A stretch of 57,477 nt of DNA, filler included, from Chloroflexota bacterium (GTDB taxonomy: Bacteria; Chloroflexota; Chloroflexia; QHBQ01): NCBI GenBank assembly GCA_043754535.1. It is 4 parts of 4 records of this genome, joined end to end, with 100 filler letters (N's around TTAATTAATTAA, not from the genome) between each part and the next. Parts side by side here need not be neighbours in the genome. Positions count along the whole stretch, not along the records: positions 19,441 to 28,949 come from JAYUUN010000102.1; positions 29,050 to 57,477 come from JAYUUN010000104.1; 2 more parts are not named here. One strand, 5' to 3'. A program made the translations under genes and the position numbers. Below the pieces are notes generated by a model. The model was not told the DNA's origin, ran no database searches, and worked only from the letters and a program-made list of their open reading frames with translations. This document shows positions 21,977-32,746 of this stretch, in pieces. Position 1 is the first letter of the stretch, and every line of letters begins with the position of its first letter.

Positions 21977-22165
21977 TCAGTGGCTAATGCCGTTGGCTGC
22001 GCTGGGCAGTTGCTTGATGCTGCCTCTCATCACCTTGTAATAATAAAGCAGATGCAGTAGCCGTTCGCCCAACTCATCTAGCTTCACCTCAGTCGCCCGC
22101 TTCGCTACTTCCGCAACCGTCAGCCCCCGCCGTCTTGCCTACTGCTCGACAATCCCCCTCGGCCT
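21977..22165 (-). pseudogene. Possible HTH (XRE-like) gene remnant
   Basis: Reverse strand reads RGIVEQ*ARRRGLTVAEVAKRATEV with an internal stop. Confidence 0.3.
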
Positions 22166-22468
22166 CCCTCCCGGCAAGCATCGCCCCGGCCCATGCGCTC
22201 ATCACTTTACACCCTCTTAGAATTAGGAATTAGGTTAGCTGGAGGTTAGCCCACGCTCAAACACCCACTGGCGGCCACCACATTTATTACCTGGTTTCTT
22301 ACCCCCCTCAACCACCTCACCGCTCGTTAATTGTGTTAGTTGCGTTTATAATTGCGCTGTGATTCGCTAGCGGCGCGATCAACCCTCATTGTACGCTATG
22401 GGTGGAAGTGGTGCAACTAGCTGATTGTGGGAGGTGTGTTTTCGATATGGACAGCTTCTTGTAGGTGT

Positions 22469-22497
22469 TTGACATTGTTCAGCGACTCCGCTATAAT
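22469..22497 (+). promoter_or_regulatory. Consensus sigma70 promoter of hsdMSR
   Basis: TTGACA-17 bp-TATAAT. Confidence 0.85.
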
Positions 22498-22537
22498 CCG
22501 CTTGGTTGGTATCTTTGTCAAGAGGATGGGGGGCGGC

Positions 22538-24595
22538 GTGGCTAACATTCAAACGGCATTCAACTTCATCTGGTCGGTAGCCGACCAACTGTTGCGTGGC
22601 CCTTACGTTCGTTCTAAATACTCCGACGTAATCCTGCCCTTCACTGTGCTGAGGCGGATCGATTCGGTGCTGGCTCCTACCCGCACTGCTGTGTACGAAC
22701 GTCACAAGTTTGTTGTTGGAGGGGGGTTGAAGAACATTGATGGTGCTTTGCAAACGGTTGCCGCTCACAGCTTTTACAATACCTCCAGCTATGACTTCGC
22801 CAAGCTGAAGTCCGACTCGGCCAACATTAAGGAGAACCTTACCGCTTACATCAACGGCTTCTCTAAGAACATCTACGACATACTTGAACACTTCAAGTTC
22901 GCTAGCTTGATTGAGGATTTGGGCAAGAAGGGCTTGCTATTTCAAGTTGTGGAAAGATTTGCTGACGTAGACCTAAGCCCCGCAGCGATCAGCAACCACG
23001 AGATGGGTACCATCTTTGAAGAACTGATCCGCCGCTTCAACGAGCAGCGCAACGAAGGGGCAGGCGAACACTTCACTCCCCGCGATGTAATCCGCTTGAT
23101 GGTGCGCTTGATGATCGACCCGCCAGCCACAGAGCGGCTCAAGCATGAACAGGCAATCGCCACCATCTACGATCCTGCGTGCGGCACTGGGGGGATGCTG
23201 ACCACCGCAAAGGAGTACATCACCAGGCAGATTGAGCCTGCTGCTATCATCTCACTGTTTGGACAAGAGATCAACGATGAGAGCTATGCCATTTGCAAAT
23301 CGGACTTGCTGATTGGTGGGACTGAGGAGGATGCCGAAAACATCGCACTGGGGTCGTCCTTTTCACATGATGCCTATTCAAGCCATAGGTTTCGATTTAT
23401 GCTATCAAATCCTCCTTATGGCAGTGATTGGAGCGGTGGTGAGGACTATACATACATCAATGCCGACAAGGATACAGCTGACAGCCGCTTCGTCGTCGGC
23501 GTGCCGCGCACCAGCGACGGCCAGATGCTGTTCCTTCAACAGATGATCTCCAAGATGCGCCCACCAGAGGAAGGCGGCAGCCGCATCGCTATCGTGATGA
23601 ACGGCTCACCTCTGTTCGTCGGTGATGCTGGGAGTGGCGAGAGCGAGATTCGTCGCTGGGTGTTGGAGAACGACTGGCTTGAAGCGATTGTCGCCTTGCC
23701 AGGCCAGATGTTCTACAACACTGGCATCAACACCTACATCTGGCTGCTAACCAACAACAAGCGACCGGAGCGCGAACGCAAGGTGCTGCTGGTTAACGGT
23801 GCGGCGATGACCACGACCAGCGGCAAGGAAACTGAAGTGTTCGCCCGCAAGCTCCGCAAGAGCCTCGGCGACAAGCGCAATGAGATCAGCGAGCAGCACA
23901 TGGCCGACTTGGTGCAACTGGTGGAGAGCTTTGCCGACGGCCCTTTCAGCAAGGTGTTCGACACTGAGGCATTCGGCTACCGTAAGATTACCATTGAACG
24001 GCCCATGCGCCGCAACTGGCAGGTCAGCGATGAGCGGTTGGCTCGCTTGCAGCAGCACCGTGCGTTTGGCAAGCTGAACAAGCAAGCTGGCGGCCAGCAC
24101 AGCTTGAACGACGCACAGACCAGCCTGCTAGCCACCCTGCGGAGGCTCAACTGCGAGAGGCTGTACAAGAGCAAGCCTGATTTCACCGCCGACCTCGGCG
24201 CGGCAATTAAGCAGGTTGGTTTGAAGCTAGCCGCACCGCTGTGGAAGGCGATCCTGGAGACGCTGGCCGAACACGATCAGACTGCCGAACCCTGCTACAC
24301 CGACAAGGGAGAGCGTGAACCCAACCCCGACCTGCGCGATAGCGAGAACGTAACGCTGCGAGAGGATGTAAACCGCTACTTTGAGCGCGAAGTGCAACCC
24401 TACGTGCCGGATGCGTGGGTCAGCACCACCTACCGCGACCTGCGCGACACCAAGATAGGCAAGGTCGGCTATGAGATCGGCTTCACTCGCTATTTCTACC
24501 AGTACAAGCCGCTCCGCCCACTGGCTGAGATCATGGAGGACATCCGCGTACTTAAGGGCGACATCAACGAGCAACTACAAGGATTGCAGGCATGA
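22538..24595 (+). CDS. hsdM: Type I R-M methyltransferase subunit M
   Basis: FIWSVADQLLRG, AGEHFTPRDVI, motif I YDPACGTGGML, motif IV SNPPYG, KVGYEIGFTRYFY; start must lie downstream of the promoter (GTG 22538 or ATG 22526). Confidence 0.95.
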   Translation: MANIQTAFNFIWSVADQLLRGPYVRSKYSDVILPFTVLRRIDSVLAPTRTAVYERHKFVVGGGLKNIDGALQTVAAHSFYNTSSYDFAKLKSDSANIKENLTAYINGFSKNIYDILEHFKFASLIEDLGKKGLLFQVVERFADVDLSPAAISNHEMGTIFEELIRRFNEQRNEGAGEHFTPRDVIRLMVRLMIDPPATERLKHEQAIATIYDPACGTGGMLTTAKEYITRQIEPAAIISLFGQEINDESYAICKSDLLIGGTEEDAENIALGSSFSHDAYSSHRFRFMLSNPPYGSDWSGGEDYTYINADKDTADSRFVVGVPRTSDGQMLFLQQMISKMRPPEEGGSRIAIVMNGSPLFVGDAGSGESEIRRWVLENDWLEAIVALPGQMFYNTGINTYIWLLTNNKRPERERKVLLVNGAAMTTTSGKETEVFARKLRKSLGDKRNEISEQHMADLVQLVESFADGPFSKVFDTEAFGYRKITIERPMRRNWQVSDERLARLQQHRAFGKLNKQAGGQHSLNDAQTSLLATLRRLNCERLYKSKPDFTADLGAAIKQVGLKLAAPLWKAILETLAEHDQTAEPCYTDKGEREPNPDLRDSENVTLREDVNRYFEREVQPYVPDAWVSTTYRDLRDTKIGKVGYEIGFTRYFYQYKPLRPLAEIMEDIRVLKGDINEQLQGLQA

Positions 24596-25251
24596 ACCCC
24601 CGCGAACGCCCTACCCCCCTGCCTAGCCTGCTGCCTCCATTTGCCGCCGACCACCAGCCGCCCCGCCCCCAGCTGCGACCCTACCCCCGCCACCAGCCGT
24701 CGGGCGTTACATGGTTGGGCGAGATACCGGCGCATTGGGAGGCACGTAAGCTCAAGATTATTACCAAATTCGCTTATGGAGACGCACTATCTGCTGATAA
24801 CAGGGAGAAAGGTGATGTACCAGTTTGTGGTTCAAACGGTATAGTTGGTTGGCACTCACAAGCCAACACGCTAGCTCCTTGCATCATTGTGGGCCGCAAA
24901 GGCTCTTACGGTAAGGTAAACTACTTCAACAAACCATGTTTCGCTATTGACACGACGTTCTACATAGACCAGACCCTAACAAATCAGCATCTACGCTGGT
25001 TGTACTATGTCTTGTCAGTTTCGCACTTGGACAATCTATCGCAAGACATTGGAGTACCAGGCTTGTCACGCGAAGAGGCATATGCTAGACCTCTCCCCTT
25101 GCCACCATTCCAAGAGCAACTCGCCATCGCAGCATACCTAGACCGCGAAACTGTGCGCATTGACCGAATCCTGGCCCACCATGAGAAGATGATCGAGTTG
25201 CTGGAGGAGCAACGCACCTCCATCATCAGCCGCGCCGTCACTCGCGGCTGA
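24592..25251 (+). CDS. hsdS: Type I R-M specificity subunit, N-terminal half (one TRD)
   Basis: SGVTWLGEIPAHW, TRD, PLPPFQEQLAIAAYLD, ends IISRAVTRG*. Confidence 0.85.
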   Translation: MNPRERPTPLPSLLPPFAADHQPPRPQLRPYPRHQPSGVTWLGEIPAHWEARKLKIITKFAYGDALSADNREKGDVPVCGSNGIVGWHSQANTLAPCIIVGRKGSYGKVNYFNKPCFAIDTTFYIDQTLTNQHLRWLYYVLSVSHLDNLSQDIGVPGLSREEAYARPLPLPPFQEQLAIAAYLDRETVRIDRILAHHEKMIELLEEQRTSIISRAVTRG

Positions 25252-25889
25252 TGATGGAGGTGCCGCTCAAAGTTAGCGGCGTTGACTGGCTGGGCGAGAT
25301 ACCGGCGCACTGGGAGATACTGCGGCTGAAGTACATTGCTCTCCAAGTCACCACCAAGCAAGTAGGCAAGGAAGAAGAACATACATACATTGGCCTTGAA
25401 CAGATAGAGGGTAGTACTGGTCGTCTACTACTTAACAGCTTGGTAGATAAAGTAGATAGCACCACCAGCGTATTTATCGGTGGCGACATCCTGTTTGGCA
25501 AACTGCGTCCCTATCTGGCTAAGGTGGTTCAACCTCACTTTGCTGGGGTCTGTACCACCGAACTCCTTGTATTGCGTCCGAGCAAAGGCACAAGCAACAG
25601 ATTCTTGTTCTACCAACTACTGTCCGAACCGCTGATTAAGCTGGTCAATTCAATGACCTACGGCACAAAAATGCCGCGAGTGAGTACGGAGCAACTGACA
25701 AACATCACACTACCTGTGCCGCCTCTACAGGAGCAACGCGCTATCGCCGCCCACCTTGACCGTGCCGCCGGCGACATAGACGCGACCATTAGCCAAGTCC
25801 GCAGCCAAATTGACTTGCTGCGCGAGTACCGTGCCACCCTGATCACTAGCGTCGTCACCGGCAAGGTGGACGTAAGCAGCCTGTTGTAG
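25251..25889 (+). CDS. hsdS: Type I R-M specificity subunit, C-terminal half (one TRD)
   Basis: VSGVDWLGEIPAHW, GDILFGKLRPYL, PVPPLQEQRAI, LITSVVTGKVDV; TGATG overlap with first half. Confidence 0.85.
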   Translation: MMEVPLKVSGVDWLGEIPAHWEILRLKYIALQVTTKQVGKEEEHTYIGLEQIEGSTGRLLLNSLVDKVDSTTSVFIGGDILFGKLRPYLAKVVQPHFAGVCTTELLVLRPSKGTSNRFLFYQLLSEPLIKLVNSMTYGTKMPRVSTEQLTNITLPVPPLQEQRAIAAHLDRAAGDIDATISQVRSQIDLLREYRATLITSVVTGKVDVSSLL

Positions 25890-25905
25890 CAAGAGAGGTG
25901 TAGAG

Positions 25906-27924
25906 ATGAACAAGCCGGACATCAGCGAACGCAACTTTGAGCAGAGCGTTGAACTGGGGCTGCTTGGCGACCCCGATCTGCCACTAACTACCACCAGCTA
26001 CTACCATAAGCTCGCCACTGCCGGAACGGACGGCTACAGCCGCGAACTCTGCCTGCACCTCACCTCGCTGTTCGATTTCGTCACCACCACCCAGCCACAG
26101 ACGTGGGCCAAGCTGGTCAAGCAGTACGGTGGCAACGACAAGCTAGCCCGTGAGCAATTCAGCCTGCGGCTAGCCACCGAAATCAGCAAGCGCGGCAGCC
26201 TCGATGTGCTACGTAAAGGGGTCAGCGACCACGGCTGCAAGTTCGAGCTGGCCTACTTCCGGCCCGAAACCAGCCTCAATCCTACCCACCAACAGCACTA
26301 CAACGCCAACATCCTTGGCGTAGCCCGTCAGTTGCACTTTAGCACCCGCCGCCCCAACGACAGCATAGACATAGTGCTGTTTCTCAATGGCCTACCCCTC
26401 ATTACCATCGAACTGAAAAACCCCTTGACCGGTCAAACCTACCTTGATGCAATCAGCCAATACCGCGAACGTGATGCCAGCGAATTGATCTTCCAGAACG
26501 GTCGCTGTCTCGCCCACTTCGCGGTTGACCCTGACCAAGCGTGGATGGCGACCCAACTGCGTGGCAGCAGGACCATCTTCCGCCCTTTCAATCGAGGGAC
26601 GGAGCATGGCGCAGGCAACCCGCCCAACCCCACCGGCTTTCGCACCGCCTACCTATGGGAACAGGTTTGGCAACGCGATAGTATGTTGGATTTGGTCAAC
26701 AAGTTCGTGCAGTTCGTCGAGGAGGAGGATGAGCAGGGCCACAAGACCGGCAGCCGCGAGTTGGTCTTTCCCCGCTACCACCAGCTAACTGCTGTCCGCA
26801 ACATGGTCGCCCATACTAGCAAGGAAGGCGCGGGCCGCACCTACCTGGTTCAGCATAGTGCCGGTAGCGGCAAGACCAAAACCATCGCGTGGCTGGCCCA
26901 CCACCTAGCCAGCCTGCATGATGCCCGCGATCAGCGCGTCTTCAACTCGGTCGTCGTTGTCTCTGATCGTCGCATACTGGATCACCAGTTGCAACGTGCC
27001 GTCCGCAGCTTCGCCCAAGTCGTCGGGCTGGTCGAGGCGATTGACGAAGACTCCAGCCAACTGCGCGAGGCATTGGAAAAGGGCAAAGGCATCATTGTCA
27101 CCACCATGCAGAAGTTCCCTATTGTACTTAAGAACATTACCGAGTTGGCAGGCGAACGCTTCGCTGTGATCATGGACGAAGCCCATTCCTCGCAGCAGGG
27201 CGGTGCGGCTAGGTCGCTCAAAGACGTGCTTTCGGTTGGCGGTCTGGCCGAAGCCGAACAGGTTGACGGCAGCGGCGAAATCAAGTTGCTGGGCAAGGAC
27301 GGCCAGCTACACGCCCCTGCCGACCGCACCGAGCAGACGCTGGCCGCCCGTGACCGCGCCCCCCTGTCGAGGATTCTTGAGTACGTCAACGAGCATTATG
27401 GTACTGACTTCACCGACGAGGACAAGCTCAACAGTTTCACTGATGATATGCGGCGGCGAATGGAGAGCAACAGGAACCTAGTCAACGCCATGAACGTTGC
27501 GGTCAACCCTAGGGTGGAGGATAGATTGCTAGCTTTCCGAGGCTTCTTTAGCCGCACCCTGGAAGCGATGATCGAGGCCAACTTTAACATCTACCAGAAG
27601 ATTACTGATGATGCAGCATTGCGTGAAATGATCAGACAGATGCTGTTTAATCAACTGGCCGACCGGCTTACCACCCAAACTTCCCCTCTGGAGTTATCAA
27701 TCAATTGCTGGGATATGCCAACCCATTCCATCGGAGCTTCGGAGCTAGAAATAGCAACGCAGCAACGCAGACTTAACGTTAAACCCGGCCATCCGTTGCC
27801 ATGCCTAACGTTAAATCCTCAACCCCCCCCCCCACCGTCCAGAGCAGCCCCACTCTCACCCAGACTGCGACGTTGCTACTGCCCTTACTGCGCTGGTAGC
27901 CGCACTCCTCTACTGCTACTCTAG
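25906..27924 (+). pseudogene. hsdR: Type I R-M restriction subunit with internal in-frame deletion
   Basis: Nuclease DIVLFLNGLPLITIELKNP, motif I QHSAGSGKT and motif II DEAH are present, then the frame jumps to C-terminal LSRILEYVNEHYGTDFT; helicase motifs III-VI not seen. Confidence 0.8.
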
Positions 27925-27939
27925 CTCCTTCGGCTTGAG

Positions 27940-28949
27940 CGGGAGTAGCTTGCTCTCCTCGCACCAGCGGAAGTACACCTGCTTGACCGCTCCATAGGTG
28001 TGGCGCAAACCCTCACCTAACAGCGTACACTCGCCGAAAAAGTCAGCCAGTTCGTTCGTCTCCGCTCGTTACGCCGAGGTCGCGGCCAACACCTCTAGTG
28101 GGTCTTGCAAACCGCCATGGTGCAGCCCACAGCTGTGTTCCCGCGACCGCCCACGTCAGTATGCCTGGCAACTCTGCCTTCAGCCACTCGGCCATCTGCT
28201 TGTCAGGGTTAGCGATCTGCACCTAGGAGGGGATCAGCTACACCCGTCACCAGATACCCTCATCGATGTTACGAATGCTCGGGTTGTGGTTAGTCACCAT
28301 GCACAGCTTGAAGTTTGGCTTGAAGATGAAGGGGTCGCGGTGCGGGAAGCGGGCAGTGATCGGGTCGCCGCCGGTCAGTTGCTTGGTTAGCGGTTCGTTC
28401 AGCCGCCGCCCCTGCCTGATCTCGGTGGTGCAAATCAGCCGCAACCCGGCCATCTGCACCACATCCGGACTGGCCGCGCTGCCGCCAACCCGATCCTTGT
28501 GCATGAACGTCTCTGGGTTGGCCTACCGCCCATAATGCCCGGCCAGCGCAAGGGCAACGGGCGCAACGTCGTCTTGCCGTTGCGCCCGTTGCCGTGATGT
28601 AGCAGAACACCCGCTGCCAGTAGGCAATTAGCCGCTGGTTGCCGCTCATCACCGTGTCGAGGAAGGCCATCCAGGTTGGACACTGGGCAGTGGGGTTGTA
28701 GGCTATTGGCAGGTAGCGGGTCGCCCTCGCGCTCGGGACGCAGGTCGCCACTGCTCAAATCGAGTGTGTCGTTCGTACAGTTGAGCAGCAAGCTGGTGTA
28801 GAGGTGTTTGTCGCGCGGCCAGTGCGTGCCGCGCCAAGCCACCCAGCCCGGCACGGTGAGCAGCCGGTTGCCGAACAGATAGACCAGCTGGTGCGCGTTG
28901 ACGACATCGGTTAGCTTCTCGTTCGTCGGACAAACCCGCACCACGTACG
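27940..28949 (-). pseudogene. P4-family (D5-like) phage/plasmid primase-helicase remnant
   Basis: Multi-frame fragments LTDVVNAHQLV..WRGTHW, LLNCTNDTLDL, CPTWMAFL, GNGRNGKTT, KQLTGGDPITARF..FKPNFKLCMVTNHNP. Confidence 0.85.
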
Positions 28950-29049
28950 NNNNNNNNNNNNNNNNNNNNNNNNNNNNNNNNNNNNNNNNNNNNTTAATTA
29001 ATTAANNNNNNNNNNNNNNNNNNNNNNNNNNNNNNNNNNNNNNNNNNNN
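28950..29049. other. Artificial contig linker
   Basis: N44-TTAATTAATTAA-N44. Confidence 0.99.
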
Positions 29050-29050
29050 G

Positions 29051-29284
29051 ATCACCTCTGGTGGGGAGGGTCGGCTGCTGCACCTCAAGCGAGCGTTGGA
29101 GAGCAAGATCGAGAGCGTGGACGTGCCAGTAGAGTGGGCCTTGACCACAACGGCGCGGCTGGCGAAGGTGACGAGCATAGCCAACCGCCCAGAGCTTGGC
29201 CCACTGCAACAGGAGATATGGAGTTGGCTGGATGACACCGAATTGAGCAGCCTCAACCTGGGGTCGCAGGACGAGGAGGGTTAG
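29051..29284 (+). CDS. 3' end of an unknown gene (5' truncated)
   Basis: Frame open from contig start: ITSGGEGRLLHLKRALESK...GSQDEEG*. Confidence 0.45.
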   Translation: MTSGGEGRLLHLKRALESKIESVDVPVEWALTTTARLAKVTSIANRPELGPLQQEIWSWLDDTELSSLNLGSQDEEG

Positions 29285-29296
29285 CGAACAAGGAGC

Positions 29297-29318
29297 CAGG
29301 GGTCAGAGTGTGACCCCT
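29297..29318. repeat. Second copy of the parB-associated palindrome
   Basis: CAGGGGTCAGAGTGTGACCCCT identical to 19707-19728, here intergenic. Confidence 0.8.
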
Positions 29319-29498
29319 ACCCACAACCCTGGCACAGCGTTCACCCCCCTACTGGGCTGCCTTGCCACGCCGCCACACGCAGCTTGACGTAACCTACCGC
29401 TTGTGCTACTATACTGCCCGTCAGCAGTATCCGCTGTAACGGTCGCTGCTATTTTGCTTGAAGGTGGCGAACTGGGGATGCTGGTAGGAGAGTAAACA

Positions 29499-32400
29499 AT
29501 GCCTGTTTACAACTTTAATGTTGCTGGTTATGAAGCTGAATTGCGGAAGGAACTGGCAGCCGGTTCAGGTGAGACCAGCTACTATCCTGCCTTCGTCGGG
29601 CTGGTGCGCTCGGCGGGCCATAACCTTGAGGTGCGAATCGAGAAGAAGGTGGCTGGTAGCCGTAGCAAGCCTGACTTCACGATCATGCAGCGGCTTGCTC
29701 CGCTCGGCATCGTCGAGGGCAAGAGGCCCGCTACTAACCTCAGTCACCTCTCCGCTGCTGACCAGAAGCAGTTTGCCCGCTACCTTGTCGAATACGGCAA
29801 CTTCATCCTGACCAACTTCGTTGAGTTCCGCTGGTATGAGCAGGGTGTGCTACGCCGCACTATCGTGTTTGCCGATGTGGTGGGCAGCAGCCTGACTGTG
29901 CGACCGACCGGCGTGGCTGACCTTGAACAGCTACTTAACGACTTCCTGGCCTCAACCGCGCCGGTCGTCAGCACCGCGCCTGCACTGGCCGAGCAATTGG
30001 CCCGGTTGGCTGACCGCATCGCCGAGGGGATCACCGCTGATTTGGCTGCGCCCAATACCCACCCCAACCTGATCGGTCAGCGCGACGAGTTCAGCAAGAC
30101 TTTGCCCAGCGACCTCGATGATGCTGGGTTCGCCGATATGTATGCTCAGACCCTCTGCTATGGCCTGTTCGCCGCCCGCTGCAACAAGCCCAGCAGCAAC
30201 CTCAACTGGCGCACCGCACACTTCGACATCCCCAACACCAACCCCTTCCTGCGTGGATTCTTTGCTGCCCTTGCCAACCTCAACGTTGAGGAGCTTAGTA
30301 TCGTCCCCTACCTGAACGACCTTGAGCGGCTGCTTAACCGCACCGACATTGGCGCGATCCTCAACCAGTTCGCCAGCCGCAGCAGCATGGTTGATCCGGT
30401 CGTCTACTTCTATGAGGACTTCCTGGCGGCTTACGACCCCAAGCTGCGCAAGGCGCGGGGCGTGTTCTACACCCCGGAGCAGGTGGTCGGCTACATCGTC
30501 CGCAGCGTGGATGCAGTCTTGCAGCGTGACTTCGCCATGCCGCTCGGCCTGGCCGACAGCAGCAAGATCACGGTCGAGGTAGATACTGGGCGGCAGGAGC
30601 AGGGCGGCGACTACCAACCGATCCTTGAAGACCGCGAGTTCCATCGCCTGCTGATCCTTGACCCGGCCACCGGCAGCGGCACCTTCCTGTTGGAAACGCT
30701 TGACTACATCTACCGCACCCACTTCGCGGGCAACGCTGGGATGTGGCCCGGCTATGTGCAGGCCGATCTCCTGCCTCGGCTGTTCGGCTTTGAACTGCTG
30801 ATGGCTCCCTACACTGTCGCCCACCTCAAGCTCGGCCTTTACCTCAAACAGACGGGCTACAACTTCGACAGTGGGCGGCTGGGTATCTACCTGACCAACT
30901 CGCTGGAACAAGCCCACAAGGTGCAAACCAACTTCTATACGCCCTGGTTGAGCGACGAGGTGCGGGCCGCTAACGAGGTCAAGGAGAGCCAGCCGGTGAT
31001 GGTGCTACTCGGCAACCCACCCTACTCCAACTTCGGCCAGCACAACCAGAACGAGTGGATACACGACCAACTGAAGGATTACAAGCGTGGGCTGGACGAG
31101 CAGAAGATCAATCTGGATGACGACTTCATCAAGTTCATCCGCTTCGCTCAGTGGCGCATTGAGCGCACCGGCGCAGGCATGGTCGGCTTCATCACCAGCA
31201 ACACCTACCTCGACGGCATCACCCACCGGCAGATGCGCCGCAGCCTGATGCAGGCGTTTGACGACATCTACATCCTCGACCTACACGGCAGCGCACGTAA
31301 GCGCGAGGTCAACCCCGTCGGCGGCGCGGACGAGAACGTGTTCGACATCCAGCAGGGCGTGTCTATCGCTATCTTCGTCAAGCGGCCACAGCCTGCTGAT
31401 GGGGATAAGCCGCCCGCTCGCATCTTCCATGCTGATGCTTGGGGACTGCGCCAGCAGAAGTACGACTACCTTGCCGCCAACGACCTGACCACTACCGAAT
31501 GGCAGCAACTCGCACCCACCGCGCCCGGCTTCTACTTCGTGCCGAAGGACTTTGGCCTTGATGAAAACGAGTACCTGAGCCTGCCTAGCGTGAATGCGGA
31601 CATCTTCGACAAGGGCAATGCTGGCATTCAGACTAAGCAAGACAACGTTGTTTATCAGTTCTACCAGCAGGATTTGAAGGACCTAATAGACGATCTGAAA
31701 GATAGCAGCAATGTTGACTTTGCAGCCAAGTACAAGGCTTCACTAAGCGGAAACTGGACTGTAAAGGAAGCGCAAACCGATGCACTGCACAACAGTGGGG
31801 TTGTTGTTCAGGCTCTACGCCGCCCTTTCGACATTCGTTGGACGTACTACACAGGCAAGAAGGGGTTGATGGCACGACCACGCCAGCCAGAGATGGGTAA
31901 TGCTCTTAAGCAAAACCTGCTGTTCCTGACTGTCCGCAACCCGCGACGTGGCAACACTGATAGCTTCTTTGTCGCGGATAAGATTGTTGACAAAGATGCA
32001 GTGTCACCACTAGACAATGCTACATTCTACCCCCTCTACCTCTACCCCACGCCACAGGAGCAGCAGTTGGGGATGACCGAGCGGCGGGCCAACCTCAAGC
32101 CGCAGTTCGTGGCGGCGGTCACCGAGCGGCTGGGGCTGAGCTTCATTGGCGACGGCAAGGGCGACCTGACGGCGACCTTCGGCCCAGAGGACATCTTCCA
32201 TTATATGTACGCCATCTTCCACAGCCCAGAGTATCGCCGCCGCTACGCCGAACTGCTCAAGACCGATTACCCACGCCTGCCCCTCACCAGCGACCGCGCC
32301 CTATTCGCGCAACTCTGCGGACTGGGGGCGCGGCTGGTCAGCCTGCACCTGCTCAAGCCTACCCCCATGCCAACCAGCACCTACCCGGTCAGCCGCCCCG

Positions 32401-32687
32401 ACAACACCAACCCAGTCACACAACCGCGCTACGGGCCGGGTGACGGCGGACGCATCCACATCAATGACACGCAGTACTTCGGCAACGTGCCGCCCGACGT
32501 GTGGGAGTTCCAAATCGGCGGCTATCAGGTTGCTAAGAAGTGGCTGAAAGACCGCAAAGGGCGCGACCTCAAGCCAGACGACCTCAAGCACTACCTACAA
32601 GTGCTGGCTGCGTTGGGCGCAACGATCAGCACGATGGTCGAGGTGGACGACGCGATCACGGCGGCTGGCGGCTGGCCGCTAGCTTGA
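29499..32687 (+). CDS. Single-chain R-M enzyme (Type IIG/IIL, ISP-like C-terminal specificity domain), N6-adenine MTase
   Basis: N-terminal PD-(D/E)xK KPDF...IVEGK; GVFYTP, ILDPATGSGTFL, GNPPY; C-terminal YMYAIFHSPEYRRRY..DYPRLP, FQIGGYQVAKKWLKDRK; no helicase motifs. Confidence 0.9.
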   Translation: MPVYNFNVAGYEAELRKELAAGSGETSYYPAFVGLVRSAGHNLEVRIEKKVAGSRSKPDFTIMQRLAPLGIVEGKRPATNLSHLSAADQKQFARYLVEYGNFILTNFVEFRWYEQGVLRRTIVFADVVGSSLTVRPTGVADLEQLLNDFLASTAPVVSTAPALAEQLARLADRIAEGITADLAAPNTHPNLIGQRDEFSKTLPSDLDDAGFADMYAQTLCYGLFAARCNKPSSNLNWRTAHFDIPNTNPFLRGFFAALANLNVEELSIVPYLNDLERLLNRTDIGAILNQFASRSSMVDPVVYFYEDFLAAYDPKLRKARGVFYTPEQVVGYIVRSVDAVLQRDFAMPLGLADSSKITVEVDTGRQEQGGDYQPILEDREFHRLLILDPATGSGTFLLETLDYIYRTHFAGNAGMWPGYVQADLLPRLFGFELLMAPYTVAHLKLGLYLKQTGYNFDSGRLGIYLTNSLEQAHKVQTNFYTPWLSDEVRAANEVKESQPVMVLLGNPPYSNFGQHNQNEWIHDQLKDYKRGLDEQKINLDDDFIKFIRFAQWRIERTGAGMVGFITSNTYLDGITHRQMRRSLMQAFDDIYILDLHGSARKREVNPVGGADENVFDIQQGVSIAIFVKRPQPADGDKPPARIFHADAWGLRQQKYDYLAANDLTTTEWQQLAPTAPGFYFVPKDFGLDENEYLSLPSVNADIFDKGNAGIQTKQDNVVYQFYQQDLKDLIDDLKDSSNVDFAAKYKASLSGNWTVKEAQTDALHNSGVVVQALRRPFDIRWTYYTGKKGLMARPRQPEMGNALKQNLLFLTVRNPRRGNTDSFFVADKIVDKDAVSPLDNATFYPLYLYPTPQEQQLGMTERRANLKPQFVAAVTERLGLSFIGDGKGDLTATFGPEDIFHYMYAIFHSPEYRRRYAELLKTDYPRLPLTSDRALFAQLCGLGARLVSLHLLKPTPMPTSTYPVSRPDNTNPVTQPRYGPGDGGRIHINDTQYFGNVPPDVWEFQIGGYQVAKKWLKDRKGRDLKPDDLKHYLQVLAALGATISTMVEVDDAITAAGGWPLA

Positions 32688-32746
32688 GCTAACCCCTAAA
32701 GCAAGGTATAATAGCATAATCATAACCAAATCCCACCGAGGTCGCA

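Noticed and set aside
27823..27833. C11 homopolymer as a phase-variation tract in hsdR
   Set aside because: It lies in the non-homologous run-on tail of an already deleted gene, so slippage would not switch function.
27940..28949. P4-type primase as evidence of an active prophage or satellite
   Set aside because: Multiply frameshifted and deleted; no integrase, capsid or other phage genes in the window.
9665..29049. Three identical TTAATTAATTAA motifs flanked by Ns
   Set aside because: Artificial six-frame-stop contig spacers, not biology; gene adjacency across them and ORFs containing X runs were not interpreted.
29952..30926. Long antisense ORFs (also 3187-3936, 5935-6561, 7227-7934, 7871-8608, 12747-13607)
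   Set aside because: Shadow frames opposite well-supported genes in GC-rich DNA, with no recognisable motifs.
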